Source of the DNA: Pseudomonadales bacterium
GTDB taxonomy: Bacteria; Pseudomonadota; Gammaproteobacteria; Pseudomonadales; Azotimanducaceae
Direction: 5' to 3'
Length of the DNA stretch: 64,000 bases
Assembly: GCA_028281005.1 (NCBI GenBank)
Contig: JANQKS010000026.1
Coordinates: 5,300 to 69,299 of the forward strand
This document shows positions 1 through 9,086 of this stretch, in pieces. Both the position numbers and the translations under genes were made by a program. The notes beneath the pieces were generated by a model. The model did not search any database and was not told where the DNA came from. It worked only from the letters and a program-made list of their open reading frames with translations. The first letter of the stretch is position 1. Each line of letters starts with the position of its first letter.

Positions 1-1217
1 AGATCTGCAGCGCTGACGGTTTGTTCAGGCAAGGCCGTGGGTGCGGTCGAAGTTGATTCGGCGGGAGCAGTAGATCCGGGGTTGGCTGACGCTGGTGTTG
101 AAGTTGCCGCGCGCTCGAGCGTCGGTTCATCGCTCGTCGACGATGCCGGTGTATTAGATGGCGTCAGCTGCTCCACGCGGCTGACCGTGGGTGTTGTATC
201 TATCGCGCGCACCGGGCGCAAATCATTGCCGGTGGAGTCTTGGGCCGCTACTTCGGCGTTTTGTTGCGTCCGATCGGATAATGCGTTTGGTACCGCCTGG
301 GTGACTTGACCGGCACCGTCTTGGCTGAAATAAGCCCACGCCATGGCAGCGGCGGCTAGCACAACAACGCTACCCGCACCGGCGAAGTAACGGTAGCGAT
401 TGCGCCGCTGTTGGCCCAACACTTCTCTCGCGCCGTTTTTGACCAACACCGGTGTGACCTGATATTTCCCTTCCACGTAGGCGCCCAACATGGCGCGGTC
501 GGCAATGACGTTGATGAGCCGCGGGGTGCCATTGGAGAGGCGGTACAGGGTATTGAGCGCAGCCTTGGTGAAGATGCTGGGGTTGCCACCTGCGCGGGCC
601 AAACGATGCACCACGTAGGCATGTACGTCTTCTTTGTTCAGCGGCGTTAAGTGATAACGCGCAGTGATGCGTTGGGCGAGCTGACGCAGCTCGGTGCGCC
701 CCAACATGTCAGCCAGCTCCGGCTGCCCAAGCAGAATGATGCGCAGCAGCTTTTTATCGTTGGTCTCCAGATTGGTTAACAGCCGAATCTGCTCTAGGAC
801 CGCGGGGGATAGGTTTTGCGCTTCGTCGATAATGACCACCGTGCTGCGTCCGGCTTGATGGGTTTGCAGCAGATGTTTGTTCAGCACGTCTATGTACTGT
901 TTTACGCTTAACGGTTCGCTTTTGTCGTATACCGCGCCGAGCTCGTCACACAGCGTCTCCAATAACTCACGTACGGTCAGCCTGGGATTGAGGATAAATG
1001 CCACATCCAGATCGGGTGGTGTGCGGTCCAGCAGATTACGCAGCAGGGTGGTTTTACCGGTGCCGACTTCGCCGGTGATGAGGACAAATCCACCGTGGGA
1101 AAACCCATACATCAAATGCGCAAGCGCTTCGTTGTGCGCGTCGCTTAGAAATAGAAAAGCGGGATCCGGTGCGATAGAAAACGGCTCTTGAATGAGGCCA
1201 AAATGCTCCCGATACAT
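1..1217 (-). CDS. ExeA/GspA-type AAA ATPase (N-terminus complete, C-terminus runs off the left edge)
   Basis: Absent from the ORF track because there is no stop in the window. Hand translation of the minus strand from the ATG (complement of 1215-1217): MYREHFGLIQEPFSIAPDP...GFVLITGEVGTGKTTLLRNLL (Walker A), VVIIDEAQNL (Walker B), then a hydrophobic segment and a Ser/Thr/Pro/Ala-rich linker. Family resemblance to ExeA/GspA. Confidence 0.8.
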   Translation of the reverse strand, partial: MYREHFGLIQEPFSIAPDPAFLFLSDAHNEALAHLMYGFSHGGFVLITGEVGTGKTTLLRNLLDRTPPDLDVAFILNPRLTVRELLETLCDELGAVYDKSEPLSVKQYIDVLNKHLLQTHQAGRSTVVIIDEAQNLSPAVLEQIRLLTNLETNDKKLLRIILLGQPELADMLGRTELRQLAQRITARYHLTPLNKEDVHAYVVHRLARAGGNPSIFTKAALNTLYRLSNGTPRLINVIADRAMLGAYVEGKYQVTPVLVKNGAREVLGQQRRNRYRYFAGAGSVVVLAAAAMAWAYFSQDGAGQVTQAVPNALSDRTQQNAEVAAQDSTGNDLRPVRAIDTTPTVSRVEQLTPSNTPASSTSDEPTLERAATSTPASANPGSTAPAESTSTAPTALPEQTVSAAD

Positions 1218-1221
1218 GGTG

Positions 1222-2100
1222 CTAAGCGCCACTCGCCAGGGTAGAGCTGATGCGCTCGTCTTTGGCCAACCACAAACTCTTGATCCATTGCCCGAGCGCG
1301 GCGCGGCGCTCTGCTTCGTCCGCCAGCAACACCTCCTCGGGCACGTCGTGGGGGTCAACCTGCATGATCACCCGCGGACATTTACCTTGTAGAAACGCCC
1401 AAAATGTCGGCACGCCGTCGGGATAAATGATGGTGACATCTAATAACTTGTGTAGGTGCTGATCCATGTCCTCGAGGACGTAGCCTAACCCGCCAATTTT
1501 CGGGCGCAGCAAATGGCTGTATTCGTTGTGTTGGCGAGCATGTTTTTCGGGTGTCAGCCGAGTGCCTTCAACAAAATTCAAAATACTGGTAGGGTGGTTT
1601 TTGAAACCGTCACACGCGGCGCGCACGTTGTCTCGGTCGGCGGTGCGCAGTTTTGGATTGGCTTTGATTTGATCCTTGGTGACGCGTTTCACGTAGGGGA
1701 ACCCCAGTACCTTCATCGCCAAGCCGATAAACGGGATCCAGATCAATTGCTCCTTGGTGAAAAATTTCAGCGGCGGGATTTCACCATATAAATGCGACTG
1801 TAATAAGACGATGTCCGTCCAGCTCTGGTGGTTACAAATCACCAGGTACCAATTGTCTTTGGACATTTGCTCACGCTGAGGCCAATGCACCTGCACGTCG
1901 GTCAGGCCAAGTGCGGCGTAGGTGCGCCGGTTAGCGCCTGTCCACCACCAGATGATCCTGTCCATACGCTCTTTTAGGCGCTGTAGCGCTTCGCCGCGCG
2001 TCCACAGCAAAGACAAGATCCACCAGGTCAGCGGGATGTATACCCACAAGGTGGTCAAGGTGATGGCGGTGATGGCAGCGATGCCTTTGAGTAAGTTCAT
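1222..2100 (-). CDS. Lysophospholipid/glycerolipid acyltransferase family protein (PlsC/YihG-like)
   Basis: ORF 1222-2163. HX4D acyltransferase motif NHQSWTD. Start moved to the internal ATG (MNLLKGIAAITAITL..., a TM helix) at 2100. Stop is 5 nt upstream of the ExeA-like start. Confidence 0.75.
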   Translation of the reverse strand: MNLLKGIAAITAITLTTLWVYIPLTWWILSLLWTRGEALQRLKERMDRIIWWWTGANRRTYAALGLTDVQVHWPQREQMSKDNWYLVICNHQSWTDIVLLQSHLYGEIPPLKFFTKEQLIWIPFIGLAMKVLGFPYVKRVTKDQIKANPKLRTADRDNVRAACDGFKNHPTSILNFVEGTRLTPEKHARQHNEYSHLLRPKIGGLGYVLEDMDQHLHKLLDVTIIYPDGVPTFWAFLQGKCPRVIMQVDPHDVPEEVLLADEAERRAALGQWIKSLWLAKDERISSTLASGA

Positions 2101-2191
2101 GGCCGAAACGCAACTACAGCGAAGGCTAATGGTCGCACCCTGGCTGGCGTGCGGCAACTTCACTCAAGTGAGGCTGTGCTATAAACCTCCT

Positions 2192-3343
2192 ATGAAGCAG
2201 GTTCAGATCGCCAAAAAGGTGTGCGCAACGATGTTGCTACTGTTACTCGTGTTGACCGCGGCGGGGTGCGAAACGTTGCAGTTCTACCGCCAGGCGGCAT
2301 GGGGGCAATGGCAGGTCATGGCGGCACGGGAAGCCACCGCTGACCTGTTGGCCAGCGAGGCAACTGCGCCGGAGCTTGCCGAGCGCCTGTTACTCACGCA
2401 GGAGATTCTCGATTTTGCGCGGGATACTTTGGGTTTGTCTAGCGAAGGCCGCTATCTCAGCTATGTGCAGCTGGATCGCAAATTTGTGGTTTGGAATGTG
2501 TTTGCCGCGGGCCCGTACTCTTTGGCGGATGATCAATGGTGTTACCCCATCATCGGATGCGCGCCGTATCGGGGCTATTTCAGTGAACAGCGGGCGTTGC
2601 AAGTGGCTGCGCGTTACCGTCAACGCGGATTGGAGACCTACGTTGGCGGTGTGCCGGCATACTCCACCTTAGGCTGGTTTGATGACCCGTTGCTCAGCAG
2701 CTTCATCCACTGGCCGGTGCCGGATTTAGTGAACTTGCTGGTCCACGAGTTGGCCCACAGCCGGGTGTGGGTGAACGGCGATGTGGGATTTAATGAAAGT
2801 TTTGCGGAATTTGTCGGCACCCGTGCGGTGTATACCTGGTTTGATCAGCGCAAGGACCTAAGCGCCTGGGAACAATGGCAGCGCAGACGTGAAGCCTGGC
2901 ATCGCTTTCGCGATTTTGTGGTGCAGGCGAAAGCTGAATTACAGACGCTGTATAGCCAACCGCAGGCTGATCCAGCCGCGGCTAAACAAGCCACCCTACA
3001 GGCGTTCCAGGCTTGTTATCGGGTGCACCGAGATGGGCTCGGCGGCGGGCGTTATGACGCACTCATGGCGCAACACTTTAACAACGCGTTTCTGTTGTCG
3101 GTGGGCACCTACGCCGATTGGCTACCCGCGTTTGCGCAGTTGTTTGAAGAGGTTGAAGGCAACTGGGCGGCGTTCTTTGCGGCGGTGGATGAACTGGCCG
3201 CCGAGGATATCGCCGACCGGGACAACAAGTTGCAATTATTAGCCCAACAGCAGATACGTCAGGCTACTGATGACCAGCACACCCATCAGGTTAACTGCGA
3301 AGCCTTCTTTGGCCATGGTTTTGACGCTAAAACGCCCGCTTGA
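2192..3343 (+). CDS. Putative zinc aminopeptidase lipoprotein (DUF2265-like)
   Basis: ORF 1922-3343. HEXXH motif in LVHELAHSRVW plus NESFAEF. Start re-picked at ATG 2192 (MKQVQIAKKVCATMLLLLLVLTAAGC, a lipobox signal peptide). The last ~35 codons overlap the convergent transporter gene. Confidence 0.7.
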   Translation: MKQVQIAKKVCATMLLLLLVLTAAGCETLQFYRQAAWGQWQVMAAREATADLLASEATAPELAERLLLTQEILDFARDTLGLSSEGRYLSYVQLDRKFVVWNVFAAGPYSLADDQWCYPIIGCAPYRGYFSEQRALQVAARYRQRGLETYVGGVPAYSTLGWFDDPLLSSFIHWPVPDLVNLLVHELAHSRVWVNGDVGFNESFAEFVGTRAVYTWFDQRKDLSAWEQWQRRREAWHRFRDFVVQAKAELQTLYSQPQADPAAAKQATLQAFQACYRVHRDGLGGGRYDALMAQHFNNAFLLSVGTYADWLPAFAQLFEEVEGNWAAFFAAVDELAAEDIADRDNKLQLLAQQQIRQATDDQHTHQVNCEAFFGHGFDAKTPA

Positions 3344-4672
3344 AAACGTAATGACGTTTGGCGGGGTGGCCACGGGCAACATAAAGGCGCACGAAGCGCT
3401 TAACGCCGCGGGAATCATAAAAAGCTTCGGATCGGTATTGGTGCCGAGTGCAGCTGCGGCAAGGATGGGCATGAGCAGGGTGGTGGTCGCAGTATTGCTG
3501 GTCACCTCGGTGAGGAAAGTGATGGACAGGCAAATGACCGCAATCATCAGCAACAACGGCAGGGTCGACAGTTGCTCGAGACGTTCGCCGATAGTGGTGC
3601 TCAAACCCGAATTGATAAAGGCGGTGGCGATGCTGATGCCCGCGCCAAACAGGATCAACATACCCCAAGGTATCTTGTTGGCCGTTTCCCAATCGAGGAG
3701 CCGGTCACCTTCGCCGTCGGGGATGAGAAACAACGCCACCACGCCAAGGAAGGCAACAATGGCGTCATTGCTGTAGGGTAAACCCAGCCACGTCGTCCAT
3801 CCCCCAAACGGCTCTGAACGGGTGATCCAGAACAGCGCGGTTAAGCTGAAGACCATAAACACACGTTTTTCCGCGGTGCGCCAAGCACCTACCGCCGGTA
3901 GCTGGTAATCACCGTGGTGGCGGAGTTTACGCGTCACCCACAGGCCTGCCAGCGGTAACAGCACCACCACCACAGGTAAGGCCCACAGCATCCACTGGCT
4001 GAATGAAATACTTTGGCCTATGGTTTCTTCATACACCCCCATGAACACCACGTTGGGTGGCGTTCCGATCGGCGTGCCCATGCCGCCGATGCTGGCACCG
4101 TAAGCGATGCCCAGCAGCAAAGGTGTCGCCAGCCGTTCATCCTTGGCGCCTTCGATGACTGCAATGGCCACCGGCAGCAGCATCAACACGGTGGCGGTAT
4201 TAGAAATCCACATGCTTAACACGGCGCTGGCGGCCATGAAGCCGAACACGAGACGTCGCGCGCTGTTGCTGCCGAAGGCACGCACCATGGTCAGGGCGAC
4301 GCGTCGATGGGCGCCGCTTTTCTCCAACGCGGTGGCCAACAAAAACCCACCCATCAACAAAAGTACCAACGGATGACCGTACGCGGCACCCACTTCCCTG
4401 GCGTCCAACACGCCAAACAAAGGTAATAACGCAAGGGGCAGCAGTGAAGTGGCGGGTATGGGAATGGGTTCAAACATCCACCAGATCACCACCCACGCGG
4501 TGATACCCAAGGTGATGCATGCCGCACTGCTGCCGCCGTCGGAAAACCACATGAGCCCGCCGGCCAGAAATGCGACAATGGGTCCGGCGGGAAGCGCTAT
4601 TCTTTTTAGATCCGGATACCCAGATGTCGGGTGTGCGTTGGTATTCACTGTGCGTCGAGATGTCGTGCGCAT
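3239..4672 (-). CDS. DASS/SLC13-family anion (sulfate/di-tricarboxylate) transporter
   Basis: Polytopic membrane protein with two SNT hairpin motifs (SNTATVLMLLP and SNTATTTLLMP). Start uncertain: ATG at 4672 or in-frame GTG at 4648. The track start 4795 would overlap sbcB. Confidence 0.75.
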   Translation of the reverse strand: MRTTSRRTVNTNAHPTSGYPDLKRIALPAGPIVAFLAGGLMWFSDGGSSAACITLGITAWVVIWWMFEPIPIPATSLLPLALLPLFGVLDAREVGAAYGHPLVLLLMGGFLLATALEKSGAHRRVALTMVRAFGSNSARRLVFGFMAASAVLSMWISNTATVLMLLPVAIAVIEGAKDERLATPLLLGIAYGASIGGMGTPIGTPPNVVFMGVYEETIGQSISFSQWMLWALPVVVVLLPLAGLWVTRKLRHHGDYQLPAVGAWRTAEKRVFMVFSLTALFWITRSEPFGGWTTWLGLPYSNDAIVAFLGVVALFLIPDGEGDRLLDWETANKIPWGMLILFGAGISIATAFINSGLSTTIGERLEQLSTLPLLLMIAVICLSITFLTEVTSNTATTTLLMPILAAAALGTNTDPKLFMIPAALSASCAFMLPVATPPNVITFSSGRFSVKTMAKEGFAVNLMGVLVISSLTYLLLG

Positions 4673-4686
4673 CGAGGTTAACTGAC

Positions 4687-6114
4687 ATGGCAGACAGTTT
4701 CTATTGGTATGACTTGGAGACCTCGGGGACGGACCCCAAATGGGATCGTATCGTGCAGTTTGCCGGCTTACGCACCGATGCTGAGCTAAACCCACTAGAC
4801 GATGAGTTTTGCACCTACGTACAACTGGCGGATGATGTCCTACCCAACCCGGACGCGGCGCTGGTCACCGGCATCACCCCGCAATTGACACAACAGCAGG
4901 GCCTGCCGGAAACCCAGGCGTTGTTACGCATCAACGAGATTTTTGGGACGCCGGGTACCTGTGTGGTGGGATATAACAGTCTGCGTTTTGACGATGAGTT
5001 TATGCGGTATGGCTTGTACCGCAATTTGCTGGATCCCTACGCACGCGAGTGGCGCAACGGAAATTCGCGATGGGATTTAATTGACCTGGTGCGCGCCACC
5101 GGAGCGCTGCGCCGAGAGGGGATTACCTGGCCGAAAGACGACGACGGTTTACCGGTCTATAAACTCGAGGAACTGACTAAGGCCAACGGCATAGAACATG
5201 GCCATGCCCACGATGCCATGTCCGACGTGCGTGCCACGGTGGGCATGGCGCGCCTGATCAAACAGCAGCAGCCCAAGCTATTCGACTACTACTTCAAGCT
5301 GCGGCAGAAAAAGGCGGTCCGTGAACTGTTGGAACCCTTTGGTGCACGTTTGTGTGTCCACGTTTCCGCCCTGTATCCGCGCACTCGATATGGTGTCGGG
5401 CCAATCATGAGTCTGGCGCGCCACCCCACCAACGGGAACTCGGTGATTGTGGTGGATCTGGCAGAAGATGTTGAACCGCTATTGCGCATGAGTAGTGAAG
5501 AGATCGGTGAACGTTTGTTTGCGCCAAGAGATGCCCTGGAGCCTGGCGAACGGCCACCGCTAAGAGAAATCCGTATCAATCGCTGCCCCTTTGTCGCGCC
5601 CCTGGAGGTGTTAACCGAGGCCAACCGCGAACATTTGTGCCTGGACCTAAAACGAGTAAAACAACGCGCCCGCCGGCTGCGTCAGCCTGGCTTTGGCGAT
5701 AAGGTGGCGCGCGCTTATCTGGCGCGCAAAAACGTTGCCAACAAAGACCCGGATGCAGCCTTGTACGATGGGTTTCTGCAGGATGACGATCGTTCGCGTT
5801 GCAACTACCTGCATGAAGAATTGGCTCAGGGTCGATGGCGCGAGGTGGATTTTAACGACCGCCGCTTGAGTACTTTAGCAGGCCGCATGAAAGCCCGTTC
5901 ATTCCCCGCGTTGCTCGAGGCTGAGGAGGCAGCGGCATGGCGTAGCTTTGTGGTGGATAAGCTCAGCAGTGACGGCGATTGGTTAAATATCAATGCCTAC
6001 GAACAGCGGCTCAACGATCTTTCCCTCGAACCGCATGTGGTACAAGACCACCCACAGCTATTGTCGGCATTGGCGGAGCACGCCGCCGACATTCGCACCC
6101 GCTACCAGCTTTAG
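4687..6114 (+). CDS. sbcB: Exodeoxyribonuclease I
   Basis: MADSFYWYDLETSGTDPKWDRIVQFAG and HDAMSDV (DEDDh exonuclease motifs). 475 aa from ATG 4687, the same length class as E. coli SbcB. The track start 4570 is an upstream extension. Confidence 0.9.
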   Translation: MADSFYWYDLETSGTDPKWDRIVQFAGLRTDAELNPLDDEFCTYVQLADDVLPNPDAALVTGITPQLTQQQGLPETQALLRINEIFGTPGTCVVGYNSLRFDDEFMRYGLYRNLLDPYAREWRNGNSRWDLIDLVRATGALRREGITWPKDDDGLPVYKLEELTKANGIEHGHAHDAMSDVRATVGMARLIKQQQPKLFDYYFKLRQKKAVRELLEPFGARLCVHVSALYPRTRYGVGPIMSLARHPTNGNSVIVVDLAEDVEPLLRMSSEEIGERLFAPRDALEPGERPPLREIRINRCPFVAPLEVLTEANREHLCLDLKRVKQRARRLRQPGFGDKVARAYLARKNVANKDPDAALYDGFLQDDDRSRCNYLHEELAQGRWREVDFNDRRLSTLAGRMKARSFPALLEAEEAAAWRSFVVDKLSSDGDWLNINAYEQRLNDLSLEPHVVQDHPQLLSALAEHAADIRTRYQL

Positions 6115-6140
6115 TCATCTGTCTCGATCATCTGTCTCGA
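6115..6140. repeat. Perfect tandem duplication 2 x 13 bp (TCATCTGTCTCGA)
   Basis: Read directly: 6115-6127 equals 6128-6140. It fills almost the whole gap between the convergent stops of sbcB (6112-6114) and the response regulator (6142-6144). Confidence 0.95.
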
Positions 6141-6141
6141 T

Positions 6142-7146
6142 TCACACCTGGGGGCGCTCCATACTTAAGAAATGGGCGTAGCTGCATGCGCGGGGATCAA
6201 AATCGATATCCGCGGGCGGGTCGGCAAACACACCCACATACCAGTTTGTTTGCCCGTGCACGGCGGTGGCTTCTACCACCATGTCCTGCCAAGGAAAGGC
6301 TTCGTGTCCAAAGTAATCCCCAGGGTGTTCTTGAAACAGCCCCACCGCATGGCCGCTGCGAACCTGCGCTACCAGGTCTGGCGGCGCATCAAAGCGCGCC
6401 ATCATCTGTGCCTGAGCCGCCAGCTCAGACTCCTGGGCGACGACCATACGCAGCATACTGCCGTCCACTCGGAGTAACAGGTAGCCGTACGGATCGGTGA
6501 CCAAGTAATACTCGACGATGTGATGTTCAGCGATGAGATGGTTGAACAAGTCTTGGATGTGCGGTTCGTTAAGGAAACCCGGCGGATTGAGGGCGATGTT
6601 GCTGCACAAGCGGCTAGAGTACTGTGCAAAGTACGCTTGTTTCAGCGCTTCTACGTGAGGGATGACGTTGTTCACGCTGGCGAGACTTGCCTTGGGGATG
6701 TAGCGGTCAATGATGCCGCGGTTAAATGCGTCCACCGCGGTTTTTTCGTCAGCAACCCCGGTCAGCAAGGCTTTTTTTATGTCTGGATTGGCCACCTGTT
6801 CGCAGAACTCTAAACCGTTCATGGTGGGCATGGCGTAGTCCACTAATAACACGGAGACGCGTTTGAACCGGTCGATCAATTTGATCTCTTGTTCCAAAGC
6901 CTGCAAGTCCATGTGAATCAGCGGCGCTTCGGGGTTGGAGTTATCCATGCTGAAGCAGCGGTCGGCCAGCGGCGGCAGGGTGGCGGGCTGATTAACAAAC
7001 TCGAGGGCTTCTTCCGGTGTTAAGAAGCTGATGAAAGACCAGTCGTCCGGTAGATCGATACCGATACTGTGCAAGAACGAATAGTTGTCGTCCACGAAAC
7101 AGACGGTGGTGGGGTGGTAATAGGGTGGCAGCAGGGTCCGGCTCAA
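6142..7146 (-). CDS. Atypical response-regulator receiver protein with uncharacterised C-terminal domain (LqsR-like architecture)
   Basis: VCFVDDN (acidic pair), VLLVDYAMPTMNG (phospho-acceptor Asp about residue 103), KKALLTG..D. There is a long insertion between beta1 and the acceptor Asp, and about 190 aa of C-terminal sequence without a motif I recognise. Confidence 0.7.
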   Translation of the reverse strand: MSRTLLPPYYHPTTVCFVDDNYSFLHSIGIDLPDDWSFISFLTPEEALEFVNQPATLPPLADRCFSMDNSNPEAPLIHMDLQALEQEIKLIDRFKRVSVLLVDYAMPTMNGLEFCEQVANPDIKKALLTGVADEKTAVDAFNRGIIDRYIPKASLASVNNVIPHVEALKQAYFAQYSSRLCSNIALNPPGFLNEPHIQDLFNHLIAEHHIVEYYLVTDPYGYLLLRVDGSMLRMVVAQESELAAQAQMMARFDAPPDLVAQVRSGHAVGLFQEHPGDYFGHEAFPWQDMVVEATAVHGQTNWYVGVFADPPADIDFDPRACSYAHFLSMERPQV

Positions 7147-7448
7147 TTGAGTAACTCCAGCAGCGCGGTACGCTTTTCCTTGGTCAGCCGGCGATACGCA
7201 CGGACTATCATCTCCTCATCCGCCGACAGAGCGGTGCGCCCAAACAAAGACTCAAGCTGTTGGTGCATGTCCGGTGCCAGTTCCTGAGCGCTATCCGCAC
7301 TGGGGATGCCGCTGAAGGATTGCTCCAGCCGCGCTACAATCTCCGAATTCATGCTGCGCCGGTAGTAACGTGCAGCTTCGCCAATTTGGTGACGCAGTTG
7401 CAGCGGTAGGCGGACAACAAACTTGTAAGGTTTTTCTTTCATATCCAT
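7143..7448 (-). CDS. Arc/MetJ-type ribbon-helix-helix DNA-binding protein
   Basis: N-terminus KFVVRLPLQLRHQIGEAARYYRRSMNSEIVARLEQSF is the typical Arc-like RHH pattern. The ATGA overlap with the downstream response regulator indicates translational coupling. Confidence 0.65.
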   Translation of the reverse strand: MDMKEKPYKFVVRLPLQLRHQIGEAARYYRRSMNSEIVARLEQSFSGIPSADSAQELAPDMHQQLESLFGRTALSADEEMIVRAYRRLTKEKRTALLELLN

Positions 7449-7624
7449 AGCGGGTGAGCCCCAAGCCGGTTCTATCGCACATGCACTGCCAACTGATCAT
7501 GCCTGTTGACAGTACCGAGGAAAGAAAAAGCCTGCAATGATGGCAATTTGATATCAAACACGCGTCTTAACGCGTTGGGCGCCACTGGGCGTTGGGTATT
7601 GTGCATTAGGAATTGGAGGTAGCT

Positions 7625-8380
7625 GTGCAACCTTTACAGCGCGGCAATATACGACTGGCGGCCACCGTTATGCTGGTACGCGACACCCCGGGCGGCATGG
7701 AAGTCTACATGGTGCAGCGTCCCGGCAAAGGTGACTTTCCGGACTTACATGTGTTCCCCGGTGGCAAAGTGGATGAAGCGGACTTCGCCCCGCAGCTGTG
7801 TCTGGGTTTGGATGACAGCGAGGCCAGCGCCCACCTTGGCATCGAGCGTGGCGGGTTACGCTACTGGACCGCCGTGGCCAGAGAGTGTTTTGAAGAGTGT
7901 GGGGTGCTTTTGGTGCATCAGCATGGTAGCGCGCTGGATTTTTCCGCGCCCGGCACATCAGACAAATTTAGCCGTTATCGAGAGGATCTGCTGGCGGACA
8001 AAATCACCTTTGCGGACATATGTATGGCGGAGAATCTGCACGTGGCGTGCGACTTGCTGGCTTATTTCAGCCATTGGTTGACTCCGGAAATGGCGCCGCG
8101 GCGCTTCGATACACGTTTCTTTCTAGCGGCGATGCCGAGCCACCAAGACACCTTGGCGCACACCGACGAAACCGCCGACGACCAGTGGGAGAAACCAGCT
8201 GAAGCGCTGGCTAAGTTTAACGCCGGTGAGTGGCAGATGATCGACCCTACACTGCGTTCGTTGGAAACTTTGGGTCAGTGGCAGACAGTAGACGAAGCGT
8301 TAGCCGGGGTAAATCAAGGCAACCACCTGATGCCGCTGACCCCTGAACTAAACCGTCAGGGTATGCAGAAGCTCAGGTAG
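7625..8380 (+). CDS. NUDIX-family hydrolase
   Basis: GGKVDE...ARECFEECGVLL Nudix-box-like segment. GTG 7625 is preceded by GGAGG (7615-7619). The track start is TTG 7613. Confidence 0.7.
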   Translation: MQPLQRGNIRLAATVMLVRDTPGGMEVYMVQRPGKGDFPDLHVFPGGKVDEADFAPQLCLGLDDSEASAHLGIERGGLRYWTAVARECFEECGVLLVHQHGSALDFSAPGTSDKFSRYREDLLADKITFADICMAENLHVACDLLAYFSHWLTPEMAPRRFDTRFFLAAMPSHQDTLAHTDETADDQWEKPAEALAKFNAGEWQMIDPTLRSLETLGQWQTVDEALAGVNQGNHLMPLTPELNRQGMQKLR

Positions 8381-8387
8381 ATTTGCA

Positions 8388-9086
8388 GTGCAAGCAAGCG
8401 GGCAGAACGTAGTGGCGGTGGCTGGCCTCCACAAAAACTACCTAGACGGCAACAACACGGTCGAAGTGCTCAAGGATCTGAGCTTTGCGCTGGCTGCCGG
8501 CAAGTCGCTGGCCGTCACCGGCCCCAGTGGCTCAGGCAAATCAACGTTGTTGAACATACTCGCCGGGATTGTTCAAAGTGATGCCGGTGAGGTAACGCTG
8601 ACGCTGGGCGAGCACCATTTTGCGGTTCACACAGCCACCGAGCGTCAGAATACCGCGATGCGCCGCATGCACATGGGGTATGTCTACCAGTTTTTCAATC
8701 TGGTACCGACGTTGACGGTGTTGGAAAACGTACGTTTGCCAGCGCGCTTGAACCAGCGCCGCGACCTAGACACAGCCGCAGTTGATTTGCTGCAGGATTT
8801 TGGTCTGGGCGGCCGTTTAAGCGTATTTCCTGAAGTGCTCTCTGGCGGAGAACAACAGCGCGTGGCCGTGGCGCGTGCATTGTTGTTACAGCCGCCTCTC
8901 ATCTTGGCGGATGAACCCACCGGAAATCTTGACGCCGCCAACTCGGCACATGTGGCGGATTTGCTGTTTGAAACAGCGCAACAACTCGAGGTGAGTGTGG
9001 TTGTCGCCACCCACAGCGAGGCGGTAGCTGCGCGCGCGGACCACCACTTGCACCTGCTGGCGCCGGGTCAGGTGAGCCTCACTTGA
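8388..9086 (+). CDS. ABC transporter ATP-binding protein (MacB/LolD-like)
   Basis: Walker [10 protein letters not shown], signature [15 protein letters not shown], Walker B LILADEPT. Confidence 0.9.
   Translation: MQASGQNVVAVAGLHKNYLDGNNTVEVLKDLSFALAAGKSLAVTGPSGSGKSTLLNILAGIVQSDAGEVTLTLGEHHFAVHTATERQNTAMRRMHMGYVYQFFNLVPTLTVLENVRLPARLNQRRDLDTAAVDLLQDFGLGGRLSVFPEVLSGGEQQRVAVARALLLQPPLILADEPTGNLDAANSAHVADLLFETAQQLEVSVVVATHSEAVAARADHHLHLLAPGQVSLT

Noticed and set aside
37-650. Track ORFs 37-309 plus, 356-622 minus, 411-650 plus, 877-1191 plus
   Set aside because: All lie within or antisense to the continuous minus-strand ExeA-like reading frame (1-1217), which carries clear Walker A/B motifs.
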